A stretch of 64,000 nt of DNA from Spirochaetia bacterium. Lineage in GTDB: Bacteria; Spirochaetota; Spirochaetia; SZUA-6; Bin103. The stretch spans positions 3,872,001-3,936,000 of the forward strand of contig CBDBDQ010000005.1 of assembly GCA_965203905.1 (NCBI GenBank). Direction: 5' to 3'. The translations under genes and the position numbers were made by a program. A model generated the notes under the pieces. The model saw nothing but the letters and a program-made list of their open reading frames with translations. It was not told the origin of the DNA and ran no database searches. Below are positions 20,848 to 30,143 of this stretch, in pieces; the stretch's first letter is position 1; each line of letters begins with the position of its first letter.

Positions 20848-22110
20848 TCAGGCCGGGAGCTGGATCGCCGCGTAGGGGTAGACGGCGGCCTTGGCACCCT
20901 GCGGGAAGCGTGCCGTGAGGTGGGTCAGCACCTCGCTCCAGTTGGCGCACGGCACCACGTTGCCGCCGGGGCCGTACACGTCGAGGTCGGTGCGTGACTG
21001 GTAGCGTGAGCACACCAGGAGCTGCCCCGCCTTCTGGATCGGGCACTGCTCGGCCGGAGACCAGATCTTGCCGCCGTAGTCGCTGCCGAAGCGACCGCCC
21101 AGGTAGTGCGGCGCCTGGCCCTCGACGCTCTCGCAGACCACCACGGCGACGCCGCCTTCCTTGAGTGACAGGTCGGGCGGCCAGATGCCCTTCGCCGCCT
21201 GGTTCTCTATCGGGTAGGTGTTGGTCACCACCACATCGCAGTCTTCGGCCAGGGGCGTGGCGTACAAGCGCTGCGCGGCGGCGACCCCGGCGCGGTGCTG
21301 CTCCACGAACTGGCCCGCGAACACCTGCACCACCTCGCGCCACGGGTTGATCAGCAGGTCGACCTTGAAGTCCAGCCCCACCAGCGTGACTGCCTCTTCC
21401 AGGTCCTGGCGGATCACGCTGTCCTCGATGTTGCCCAGCAGGTGGGTCCCGCGGGCCGTGTCCTCGCCGTGGGCCTTGGTGGTGCGGCGGCCGAGGACGC
21501 GGTGGTTGTGGTCCACGGTGGCGATGCCGGCGACGCCCGGCACCAGCAGCTTGGCGCCGCCGCCGAATCCCGCCGAGCGATGCGGTATCAGGCCGCCGAT
21601 GCCGATCCGCAGGTCGCACGCCATCACCTCGCGGTTGATCTCAACCCGGGTGCCGCGGCTGGTGGTGCCCACCTCCACCAGGTGCTCGAACGGGTTGTGG
21701 TTGTAGACCCGGTAGCGGCGCACCACGTCGGCGCCCAGCTTCTTGATGAAGTCCTCCAGCGACATCGCCGCGTGATTGGCGAAGGCTCCGATCAGCCGGA
21801 TCCGGTCCTCCTCCAGGCCGGCGGCGTGCAGCTCGGCAAGCACCAGCGGCAGGATGCGCCAGGTCGGGGCCGGCCGCGTGAGGTCGTCGAACAGGATCAC
21901 CGCCTGCTTGCGGCCGCGCGCCAGCTCGCGCAACGGCGGCGTGCCCAGCGGGCTCTGCAGTTGCGCCAGGAGCTGATCGTCGTCCAGGGCGGGAGTGTCG
22001 TGCCCCGCCATGCGGCACTCCTGGACCTGCCACGTCGACGGGAACTGCAACTCCATCTCACGGTCGCCGTACCAGGCGTGGGTGGGTATCCGGATCGTCG
22101 TGCTTGCCAT
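20848..22110 (-). CDS. LarA-family (nickel-pincer) 2-hydroxyacid racemase/epimerase
   Basis: DDLTRP, NH, GTTSRGT, PH..AGFGGGAK..PG. Confidence 0.82.
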   Translation of the reverse strand: MASTTIRIPTHAWYGDREMELQFPSTWQVQECRMAGHDTPALDDDQLLAQLQSPLGTPPLRELARGRKQAVILFDDLTRPAPTWRILPLVLAELHAAGLEEDRIRLIGAFANHAAMSLEDFIKKLGADVVRRYRVYNHNPFEHLVEVGTTSRGTRVEINREVMACDLRIGIGGLIPHRSAGFGGGAKLLVPGVAGIATVDHNHRVLGRRTTKAHGEDTARGTHLLGNIEDSVIRQDLEEAVTLVGLDFKVDLLINPWREVVQVFAGQFVEQHRAGVAAAQRLYATPLAEDCDVVVTNTYPIENQAAKGIWPPDLSLKEGGVAVVVCESVEGQAPHYLGGRFGSDYGGKIWSPAEQCPIQKAGQLLVCSRYQSRTDLDVYGPGGNVVPCANWSEVLTHLTARFPQGAKAAVYPYAAIQLPA

Positions 22111-22166
22111 GACGCCTGCAGTGTGCGCCAGGATCGCGATTATGGCGAGCCCGCGTTACCGATCGG

Positions 22167-23981
22167 TCAAGGGCTGAGCTCCGCGGGCGGCACTGCTGGG
22201 GAGGCGCGGCCTGCCGCTGCCCACGCCAGGAAGCGGTCCGCCGGCCAGGTGTTGGCGATGCGGTCCCGGTCCACCCAGCCGCGCTGCGCCTGCAATACGC
22301 CCCACCGCAGCCGGTCGAAGTCGGAGACGTGGTGGGCGTCCGAGTTGACCAGGATGCCCACGTTCCGGGAACGTGCCCGCCGCAGCACGTCGTCGCTCGC
22401 GTCCAGCCGGTTCAGGCCGCCGTTGATCTCGATGGCGGTGCCGGTGCGCTCCGCCGCCGCCAGCACCGCGTCCAGGTCCAGCTCGATGCCGGGCCGGCGG
22501 CCGATCATGCGTCCGCTGAGGTGGCCGATGGCGTTCACCGAGGGATCTTCCATGGCGCGGATGATGCGCCGGGTCTGGGCGGCGCGGTCCAGCTCGAACG
22601 CGGAATGCACCGCCGCCACGCACCAGTCGAACGAGGCACGGAAGGCGTCGTCGTAGTCCAGGCCGCCGTCGGGACCGATGTTCAGCTCCACGCCGTGCAG
22701 CAGGCGCAGGCCGCCGTGCACGCCGTCGAGGGCACGCAGCTCGGCACGCTGCGCGAGCAACCGCTCGCGGCTTACCCCGTTCAGGCCCAGGTCCTCGCCG
22801 TGATCGGTGACCGCGAGATAGGAGAGGCCGCGGTCCACCGCCGCCGCGGCCATCTCGGCCAGTGTGCTGCGGCCGTCGCCGGAGGCGTCGGTGTGCAGGT
22901 GCAGATCGCCGCGCAGGTCTCCCAGCACCGGCGTCGCCGGCAGCTCGCCGCGCGCGGCCGCCTCGATTTCGCCGCGGTCCTCGCGCAACGGCGGCGGGAT
23001 CGGCGGCAGGTCCAGCGCGGCGTAGATCTCCCGTTCCGTGGCGGCGGCAATCAGCGCTCCGTGCTCGTCCCACAGCCCGTATTCGTTGAGCCGCCAGCCG
23101 CGGGCGCCGGCAAGCCCGCGCAGCTTGATGTTGTGCGCCTGCGAGCCGGTGAAGTACAGCGCCGCGGCTCCGAACTGGTCCAGGGTCACCACGCGCAGGT
23201 CCACCTGCAGGCCACGACCGGTCAGCCGGGTGGCGCGCGTGTCGCCGCCCGAGGCGGTGTTCTCCCCGGCGCTGCGCAGCAGCGGCAGCGCCGCGAAGTG
23301 CTCCATCACCGGTCGCGCATCGGTGGCGGCCACCAGCAGGTCCAGGTCGGCTATGGTGGGCCGCAGCCGCCGCAGGCTGCCGCAGTAGCACACCCGCTCC
23401 ACCGCCGGCACCTCGGCCAGCGTTGCTACCAGCAGTCGCGCATCCGGCAGCACCTGGGCGATCGGCAGCCGCAACTCCTTGCCGGCAGTGCCGATCCGGC
23501 GCAGGCCGCGGATCAGCGCCTGCTCGGTCCTGGCGCCCAGGCCGGGCAGGTCGCGCACCGCGTGCTGCTCCAGCGCGGCCTGCAACTGGTCGAGGTTCTC
23601 GATGCCCAGCTCCGCCCGCAGCCGCGCCAGGGTCTTGGGACCGAGCCCCGGCACCGCGGCGAGCTGCTGCACTGCCGGCGGAAACCGCTCGCGGAGCTGC
23701 TCCAGCTTGGCGATGCGGCCGCTGGCGAAGAACTCCCGCACCTTGCGCGCGATCGCCTTGCCGACGCCGTCCAACCGCAGCAACTCCGCCTCGGACAGAG
23801 CCGCCAGGTCCTGCGGCGCGTCACGCAGCCGGCGCAGCGCGCGGTCGTAGGCGCGGGCGCGGAACGACTGCGCGCTGGCGTCGTCCAGGATGGTCAGACG
23901 GTGCAGTTCCGCGAGCTGGGCCAGCAGCTCCTGCACCTGCAGCCGCCTCTCGGGAGGCGCTGGCTCCAGGTTCCCGGCCAT
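22167..23981 (-). CDS. polX: DNA polymerase X with PHP domain
   Basis: HhH (GVGK, GLGPK), GSLRR..ADLD, VDLR, YFTGS..HN, LNEYGL; PHP HLHT/DH/DAH; start taken at MAGNLEP. Confidence 0.92.
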   Translation of the reverse strand: MAGNLEPAPPERRLQVQELLAQLAELHRLTILDDASAQSFRARAYDRALRRLRDAPQDLAALSEAELLRLDGVGKAIARKVREFFASGRIAKLEQLRERFPPAVQQLAAVPGLGPKTLARLRAELGIENLDQLQAALEQHAVRDLPGLGARTEQALIRGLRRIGTAGKELRLPIAQVLPDARLLVATLAEVPAVERVCYCGSLRRLRPTIADLDLLVAATDARPVMEHFAALPLLRSAGENTASGGDTRATRLTGRGLQVDLRVVTLDQFGAAALYFTGSQAHNIKLRGLAGARGWRLNEYGLWDEHGALIAAATEREIYAALDLPPIPPPLREDRGEIEAAARGELPATPVLGDLRGDLHLHTDASGDGRSTLAEMAAAAVDRGLSYLAVTDHGEDLGLNGVSRERLLAQRAELRALDGVHGGLRLLHGVELNIGPDGGLDYDDAFRASFDWCVAAVHSAFELDRAAQTRRIIRAMEDPSVNAIGHLSGRMIGRRPGIELDLDAVLAAAERTGTAIEINGGLNRLDASDDVLRRARSRNVGILVNSDAHHVSDFDRLRWGVLQAQRGWVDRDRIANTWPADRFLAWAAAGRASPAVPPAELSP

Positions 23982-24106
23982 GCGGCAACCATAGGAGCTT
24001 GCCGGCCCACCGACAAGCTCCGCCCATCGCAAGCGGAGGAGCACCGGCGCGCGGTCCGGCTTGCGCCGCGGCTCGCGGGTGCCGAAACTGGAGAGGGGAG
24101 CGACGC

Positions 24107-25552
24107 GTGAGTGCCAAGGCCGCAGCGGAGATTCTAAGCGTGGACGGGCGTGAGGTGCGGGTCACCAATCCCGGCAAGGTGTACTTCCCCGAGGCCGGCA
24201 TCACCAAGCTCGACCTGGTCCACTACTACCTGGCCGTGGCCGACGGCGCGTTGCGCGCCATCGGCCGCCGCCCGCTGGTGCTGAAGCGCTACGTGGACGG
24301 CATCACCGGCGAGGGCTTCTTCCAGAAGCGGGCGCCGGCGAAGCGGCCCGACTGGGTGCAGACGGTGGAGCTGAGCTTTCCTTCCGGCCGCACCGCGCAC
24401 GAGCTGGTGGTGACCGAGCGCGCGCAACTGGTGTGGATCACCAACCTCGGAAACATCGACCTGCACGCGCATCCGGTGCGGGCCGACGATCTGGATCATC
24501 CCGACGAGCTGCGCGTGGATCTGGACCCGGGGCCAGGCGTGTCGTGGCAGACCGTGCGCGACATGGCGCTGCTGGTGCGCGAGGTGCTCGCCGAGCACGG
24601 GCTGGCCGGGTGGCCCAAGACCACCGGGTCGCGCGGCCTGCACGTCTACGTGCGGATCCGGCAGCAGTGGGGGTTTGCCGAGGTGCGGCGCGCGGCGCTG
24701 GCCGTGTCGCGCGAAGTGGAGCGGCGCGCGCCGGGCCTGGCGACCAGCAAGTGGTGGAAGGAGGAGCGGGTCGGGGTGTTCCTGGACTACAACCAGAACG
24801 CCAAGGACCGCACCATCGCCGCGGCCTACTCGGTGCGGCCGCTGCCGGACGCGCGGGTATCGGCGCCGCTGGCGTGGGAGGAGGTGCCCGACTGCGAGCC
24901 GGCCGACTTCACGCTGCACACCATGCCGGCGCGCCTTGCCGGCCGCGGCGACCTGGCCTCCGGGATGGACGCCGCGGCCGGCAGTCTCGACGGCCTGCTG
25001 GACCTGGCGGCGCGCCACGAGGCGGAAGGTCTGGGCGGCGATGCGCCCTGGCCGCCCCACTTCCGGCGCCGGCGCGGAGAACCGCGCCGGGTGGCGCCGT
25101 CTCGCGCCCGTGGTTCCCCAAGCAGCGAGCCGGCGGCCGGCTCCGACCGGGCCGGTGCCGCGACGCCGGCAGCAACGGAGCCGTCCGGCGCCGCGGAGGT
25201 CGCGTCAGACGCGGCCGCTGCCGCGGACGCAGCGACGGATCGCGTGCCGGGCGCCCGCGGCGCGGGCGCATCCGCGACCGGCCGGCGCCGCTCCACCATG
25301 CCGCTGGTGGTGGTCGCCAAGGCACGCACCGAGGCGGACGCGCAGGCCGGCCTGGAGCGCTGGCGGCGGCGCCACCCGCGGGCGGCCTCGTACCTGCAGG
25401 CCGCCGACGTGCTGGTGGATGCCATGCGCGGCCGCTCCTCCACCTGGACCAGGATACGGGTGAACCTGCGCCATGTTCCGGCGGCGGAGCGGCCGCCGGC
25501 CGAAGCGCCCGATCCCGACTACGATCCGTGGCGGGACAGGGCGGCGCGATGA
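24107..25552 (+). CDS. LigD-type primase-polymerase (Prim-PolC-like), standalone, with C-terminal extension
   Basis: TNPGKVYFP, FFQKRAP, DELRVDLDPGP, KTTGSRGLH, WWKEER, DYNQN..RT..AYSVR; GAGGGGAG RBS before GTG 24107. Confidence 0.9.
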   Translation: MSAKAAAEILSVDGREVRVTNPGKVYFPEAGITKLDLVHYYLAVADGALRAIGRRPLVLKRYVDGITGEGFFQKRAPAKRPDWVQTVELSFPSGRTAHELVVTERAQLVWITNLGNIDLHAHPVRADDLDHPDELRVDLDPGPGVSWQTVRDMALLVREVLAEHGLAGWPKTTGSRGLHVYVRIRQQWGFAEVRRAALAVSREVERRAPGLATSKWWKEERVGVFLDYNQNAKDRTIAAAYSVRPLPDARVSAPLAWEEVPDCEPADFTLHTMPARLAGRGDLASGMDAAAGSLDGLLDLAARHEAEGLGGDAPWPPHFRRRRGEPRRVAPSRARGSPSSEPAAGSDRAGAATPAATEPSGAAEVASDAAAAADAATDRVPGARGAGASATGRRRSTMPLVVVAKARTEADAQAGLERWRRRHPRAASYLQAADVLVDAMRGRSSTWTRIRVNLRHVPAAERPPAEAPDPDYDPWRDRAAR

Positions 25553-26292
25553 GCCGGGAACCGATCTTTCGCGACGTCGAGCTTGGCGCGCCGGAGCGTG
25601 CAGCCTTGGATCGGGACGGACACGTGGCGTTTCCCGGGCTGCTGACCGACGACGCCTGCCGCCGGCTGGCATGTTCGCTCGACTACATCGACTCGATCCG
25701 GGCGCACGGCAGCCCGGGCCACGAGCCCAGCCGCTTCGCGGCTGAATACGACTGGTACCTGGAGAACCTGATCGGTCACCCGCAGCTGCTGGGCATGGCC
25801 CGCGCCATCCTGGGGCGGGAGATTCGATACGACCACTGCGTGACGCTCAATCGTGCCGGCGGCAACTCCGGCATCACCTGGCACACGCACGGCTACGCCG
25901 CGGATGATCCGGCGCTCGGCTTCATTCGTATTTTCTTCTACGTGACCGGGTTCGCTGCCGGCAACGGGGGCCTCAAGGTGGTGCCGGGAAGTCACCTGTT
26001 TCGCGAGCAACTGCGCGACCTGACCGACCGGGAGCTGCACGACCGCTGGCTCGCCGGACGCCGCCACCCAATGACCGGAGAAGTGCTCCAGGTTCAGGAA
26101 CTCAGCGTGCCGCCGGGAACCGTCATCGTCATGTGGACCTATGCGCTGCACGCGGTGACCGCGCGCCGGCCCGGCAGCCGCGTGCGGCAGTGCGTCGTGT
26201 ACGCCTACCGCAACCCGGGTCAACCTTCGGCGGCGCGCTGGATCTCCGCGGACTACGAAAGCGCCGCGTCCGCGGCGCCGAGGGTCTGCTGA
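25549..26292 (+). CDS. PhyH-like 2OG-Fe(II) dioxygenase
   Basis: DRDGHVAFPGLL, WHTH, GGLKVVPGSH, LHAV..R; ATGA overlap with Prim-Pol. Confidence 0.75.
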   Translation: MSREPIFRDVELGAPERAALDRDGHVAFPGLLTDDACRRLACSLDYIDSIRAHGSPGHEPSRFAAEYDWYLENLIGHPQLLGMARAILGREIRYDHCVTLNRAGGNSGITWHTHGYAADDPALGFIRIFFYVTGFAAGNGGLKVVPGSHLFREQLRDLTDRELHDRWLAGRRHPMTGEVLQVQELSVPPGTVIVMWTYALHAVTARRPGSRVRQCVVYAYRNPGQPSAARWISADYESAASAAPRVC

Positions 26293-26496
26293 GTGTTTTC
26301 TGAAGCGGCGGGGAGCGGCCGTGCTCGCTCGTACGGCGCGTCGCATTGCCGGCAGTCGCAGCCCGTCCCCCCGGCGGGCTGAACTCACGCCGAGCGGCCG
26401 GTTCGCCCCCACCTCGCGCAGCGCGGAGCGCACCGCGGTGAGGTAGGTCCGGCTCACCGGGACCTCATGGCGGGTGGTGAGCCGCAGAACGCCGGC

Positions 26497-27600
26497 TCAG
26501 GCAGACCCGAAGATGCGCTGCAGCTCATAGGGTGGGGTGACCTCGAGTTGGTCGTAGGTGCATTCCGCCGCCGACTTGTCGGGGCGCCAGCGCAGGAACT
26601 GGGCGGTGTGGCGCAGGCGCGTCCCCTGCATGTGGTCGTAGCTCACCTCGACCACCAGCTCCGGCCGCAGCGGCACCCAGCTCAGGTCCTTGCCGCTGCT
26701 CCAGCGGCTGGCGCCTCCCGGAACCCGCAACCCGGGCGTGGGCGGGGGCTGCCCGGTGCCCGTGGGGGCCGTGGCGGCCGCCGTGGCGGCGCTGATCCAG
26801 TCGTGCCAGGGGTGGGTCTCGTCCACCTCCCGGTACGGACTGAGCTCTTCCACCAGGGCGCGCCGGCGCGCGGCGCTGAAGCTGCCGACCACGCCGATGT
26901 GATTCAGGCGGCCGCGACGGTCGAACAGCCCCAGGAGCAGCGATCCGACCCGTTGCTCCGGAGCTCCCTTGTGCCAGCGCAGGCCGGCGACGACGCAGTC
27001 CGCCGTGCGCCGGTGCTTGACCTTGAGCATGGTGCGCTTGCCCGGCTGGTAGATGCCGGCCCTGTCCTTCGCCATTACTCCGTCCAGTCCGGCGCCCTCG
27101 AAGCGCTCGAACCAGTCGCCGGCGCGGTCGCGGTCAGCGGTGATCGGCGTCAGGTGCAGTGGTGGCCGTGCGGCGCTCAACACCTGCTCCAGGTGGGCCC
27201 GGCGGTCGGCGAACGGGACGCCCGTCAGGTCGCGCTCCGCCAGGCACAGCAGGTCCCACGCCACCAGGGACGCCGGCGTCCTCGCCGCGAGCATGGCGAC
27301 CCGCGACGCCGCGGGGTGGATGCGGAGCTGCAGCGACTCGAACTCCAGGCCCTCGGCGCCGGCGATCACCAGCTCGCCGTCCACGACGCAGCGCTCCGGG
27401 AGCTGCTCCAGCAACGGCTCGACCAGCTCGGGAAAGTAGCGGTTCAACGGTTTCAGGTCGCGGCTCTGCAGCAGCAGATCGGGGCCATTGCGGAACACCA
27501 GGGTACGAAAGCCGTCCCACTTGGGCTCGAACAGCCAGTGCTCGCCGGCCGGCAGCGCGGCGACCCGCTTGGCCAGCATCGGCCGCAGCGGCGCTGTCAC
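26497..27600 (-). CDS. ligC: ATP-dependent DNA ligase (LigC-type)
   Basis: PMLAK, EPKWDGFR, DGEL, DGVMAK, KVKH.RTADCVV, RWRPDK; start approximate. Confidence 0.88.
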   Translation of the reverse strand: MTAPLRPMLAKRVAALPAGEHWLFEPKWDGFRTLVFRNGPDLLLQSRDLKPLNRYFPELVEPLLEQLPERCVVDGELVIAGAEGLEFESLQLRIHPAASRVAMLAARTPASLVAWDLLCLAERDLTGVPFADRRAHLEQVLSAARPPLHLTPITADRDRAGDWFERFEGAGLDGVMAKDRAGIYQPGKRTMLKVKHRRTADCVVAGLRWHKGAPEQRVGSLLLGLFDRRGRLNHIGVVGSFSAARRRALVEELSPYREVDETHPWHDWISAATAAATAPTGTGQPPPTPGLRVPGGASRWSSGKDLSWVPLRPELVVEVSYDHMQGTRLRHTAQFLRWRPDKSAAECTYDQLEVTPPYELQRIFGSA

Positions 27601-27632
27601 GGCGAGCGGCGGAGACTCGTGCGACTTCGTGG

Positions 27633-27836
27633 CTATCTCCGATCCGCCAGCAGCCGCAGGTACACGGTCTGGTCGGCCTGCATGCGTAGATGGGCGCCGC
27701 GCGCGTCGCGCACCAGCAGGTCCGCCGAGCCGAACGTCTCGATCGGCGAGCCCCGCGTCAGGGCAATCAGCGTGGTCAGCTCGCGCAGGCGTTGTCCCGG
27801 GCGTTCGTGGTAGACGCTGACCGGATCGCATATCAT
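27633..27836 (-). pseudogene. Possible Uma2/DUF820 endonuclease fragment
   Basis: P.S.YHE...ETFGS.....AD..Y loosely resembles a Uma2 N-half; truncated. Confidence 0.25.
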
Positions 27837-28032
27837 CGCGATCTCTCGTGCTCCGCTCGCCGCGGGGGAGTGGTAACCGTGCGGGAAGCCATATTCACCC
27901 ATCATAACTCGACGCGCGGCGGTCGTGCATTGAACGCGTGCAACGCGCGCAGGGCACGGCACGCACTACCACTTGACCGTGCGGCGAGTCGGGCGGACAA
28001 TCTGGTGCATCCACCGTAAGGAGGAGGCTTCG

Positions 28033-29079
28033 ATGGCAGACACGGCAGGTGCCTTTCCCCGCGACCGTCGTGGCGAGTGGGTTCCCGAGGATCTCCCCGG
28101 GCCCTCGCCCCTGTTCTCGCGTCCGTGGCGGATCAAGCCGGTGCTCGACAGCCTGTTCGGGCTCGATGGGCTGCTCGGCTGGCAGTCGATGATCTATATC
28201 GGCCTGTGCGTGGTGGGCTGGCTGTTCTTCACGCCCGAAATGGCGCGCATGCGCACCTTCGAGTTTGGCTGGATCGCGGAAATCTACCTGCGCAACGCGG
28301 CGCTGCTGCTGCTGGTCGTGGGGCCCATGCACCTGCGCCTGTACGTGGCGAAGTCGCAGGGAGACCGCTACAAGTTCAACTCCCACTTTCCGCACGCCGG
28401 CGACCGCAAGTTCCTGTTCGGGAGCCAGACCTGGGACAACGTGTTCTACAACTTCGTCAGCGGCGTCACCATCTGGACCGCGTTCGAGGCGCTGAGCATG
28501 TGGGCCTACGCCAACGGCTGGCTGCCGTTCGTGGAGTTCCGCACCAACCCGGTGTATTTCCTGCTGATGTTCCCCTTGATCATCCTGTTTCGCGTGTTCC
28601 ACTTCTACTGGACTCACCGGCTGACCCACTGGAAGCCCTACTACCGGGCGGCGCACTACGTGCATCACAAGAACGTGAACCCGGGGCCGTGGTCGGGATT
28701 CTCGATGCATCCGCTGGAGCACCTGATCTACCTGTCCGGCTTCCTGGTCCACTGGATCATTCCGTCGCACCCGATCCACCTGATGTACCACCTGCTGCAC
28801 GCCGGTCTGACTCCTGCCAACGGCCACAGCGGGTTCCACCGGATCGAGGTGAACGAGAAGCCCAACGTCAAGAGCGGGGACTACTTCCACTACCTGCATC
28901 ACCGCTACTTCGACTGCAACTACGGCACCACCATGGTGCCGCTGGACAGGTGGTTCGGCAGCTTCCACAACGGGTCGCCCGAGGCACACGAGGCGATGCG
29001 CAGCCGCCACCGGCGGATCAAGCAGGGCAAGCGGAAATACTGGGAAGTGGAGCCGGAGGTATCGACCGGTCTACGTTAG
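28033..29079 (+). CDS. Sterol desaturase / fatty acid hydroxylase family protein
   Basis: His boxes HFYWTHRLTH, HYVHH, MHPLEH, HYLHH..NYG; GGAGG RBS. Confidence 0.9.
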   Translation: MADTAGAFPRDRRGEWVPEDLPGPSPLFSRPWRIKPVLDSLFGLDGLLGWQSMIYIGLCVVGWLFFTPEMARMRTFEFGWIAEIYLRNAALLLLVVGPMHLRLYVAKSQGDRYKFNSHFPHAGDRKFLFGSQTWDNVFYNFVSGVTIWTAFEALSMWAYANGWLPFVEFRTNPVYFLLMFPLIILFRVFHFYWTHRLTHWKPYYRAAHYVHHKNVNPGPWSGFSMHPLEHLIYLSGFLVHWIIPSHPIHLMYHLLHAGLTPANGHSGFHRIEVNEKPNVKSGDYFHYLHHRYFDCNYGTTMVPLDRWFGSFHNGSPEAHEAMRSRHRRIKQGKRKYWEVEPEVSTGLR

Positions 29080-29189
29080 GATCGGCAGGTCCTCGGGACA
29101 TCAGAGTCCAGCGCCCCGACTCCGGTCGCGCCTCACGCTGGCGCTGGGCCACGGGTCCCGGTCACAGGGGTAGCGAAGGAGGGTAGCTG

Positions 29190-30143
29190 ATGCGGATAGC
29201 GGTCTGGGGACATGACCTCTCGGACGGGTACCTGCGCACCGTGACCCAGCTCGGCGCGGATGCCATCGACATCGGACAGGGTGACTTCTTCTCCGGCGTG
29301 CGGGAACAGGGCTATCCCGACCCGGAGCGGCTGCAGGCCGAGGTGCGCCGGGTGCGGCGCTGGGGGCTGGACTTCAACCGTGTCACCCTGCCCGATATCA
29401 CCGATGAGTTCATGCACGGCCGCGACGGCGCCGGGCGCGAGCTGGAGAACAGTTGCGCGGCACTGCGGGTGTTCGCCGAGGCCGGAATCCCGATCGTGCG
29501 CCAGCGTTTCGCCGGCGACACCTTCAACCACAAGCTGCTGCGTTACGAGTCGCTGCACCGCGGCGGCTATCGTTCGCGGGGGGAGAGCCGGGAGCTGGCC
29601 GGCAGCGGCCACGCCACGCCCTCGCACGCGGAGCTGGAAGAGTGGTGGCACCGCTTCTGCGCGGTCTACGAACGGCTGGTACCGATCGCCGAGGAGTGCG
29701 GCGTCCGGTTGGCGATCCATCCTTCCGACACGCCGCTTCCGGACACGCCGCTCGGCTCCCTGGGCTTCCATCGCGTCATCGACGCCTTTCCGAGCCGCAG
29801 CGTCGGCTACCTGTACTGCTGCGGCACCCGCGGCGAGGCCGGCGGGCCCCCCCTGGTGCTGGACGAGATCAACAACTACGGGCGCAAGGGGCGCATCTTC
29901 ACGGTGCACCTGCGCAACGTGCGCGGCAGCCTGGCCACCGCCGGCGGCTTCGAGGAGGTGCTGCTCGACGACGGCGACATGAACATGTTCCGCGTGGTGC
30001 GCGAGCTGCGGCGGGTGGGCTTCGACGGCTGTCTGAACCCCGATCACCTGCAGGAGATCGAGGGAGACAATGCGAGCGCTCACCATGCGCTGGCGTACTC
30101 CATCGGCTACATCAAGGCGCTGCTCGCGGCGCTGGCGGCATGA
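29190..30143 (+). CDS. Mannonate dehydratase (UxuA)-like protein
   Basis: LVPIAEECGVRLAIHPSD.P, VHLRNV, GDMNM, PDH, AYSIGYIKA. Confidence 0.82.
   Translation: MRIAVWGHDLSDGYLRTVTQLGADAIDIGQGDFFSGVREQGYPDPERLQAEVRRVRRWGLDFNRVTLPDITDEFMHGRDGAGRELENSCAALRVFAEAGIPIVRQRFAGDTFNHKLLRYESLHRGGYRSRGESRELAGSGHATPSHAELEEWWHRFCAVYERLVPIAEECGVRLAIHPSDTPLPDTPLGSLGFHRVIDAFPSRSVGYLYCCGTRGEAGGPPLVLDEINNYGRKGRIFTVHLRNVRGSLATAGGFEEVLLDDGDMNMFRVVRELRRVGFDGCLNPDHLQEIEGDNASAHHALAYSIGYIKALLAALAA

Noticed and set aside
23423-24106. N-terminal 228 aa of the 709 aa ORF
   Set aside because: Overlaps polX antisense and is low complexity; the RBS supports the start at 24107
21295-24110. Long antisense ORFs (453 aa and 593 aa; likewise 362..1675, 26467..27813, 48076..50304, 56611..58602)
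   Set aside because: Shadow ORFs opposite well-supported genes, expected in high-GC DNA; no recognisable motifs
24433-25548. N-terminal part of the 619 aa ORF as a fusion to PhyH
   Set aside because: Alternative frame inside Prim-Pol; the real start is ATG 25549
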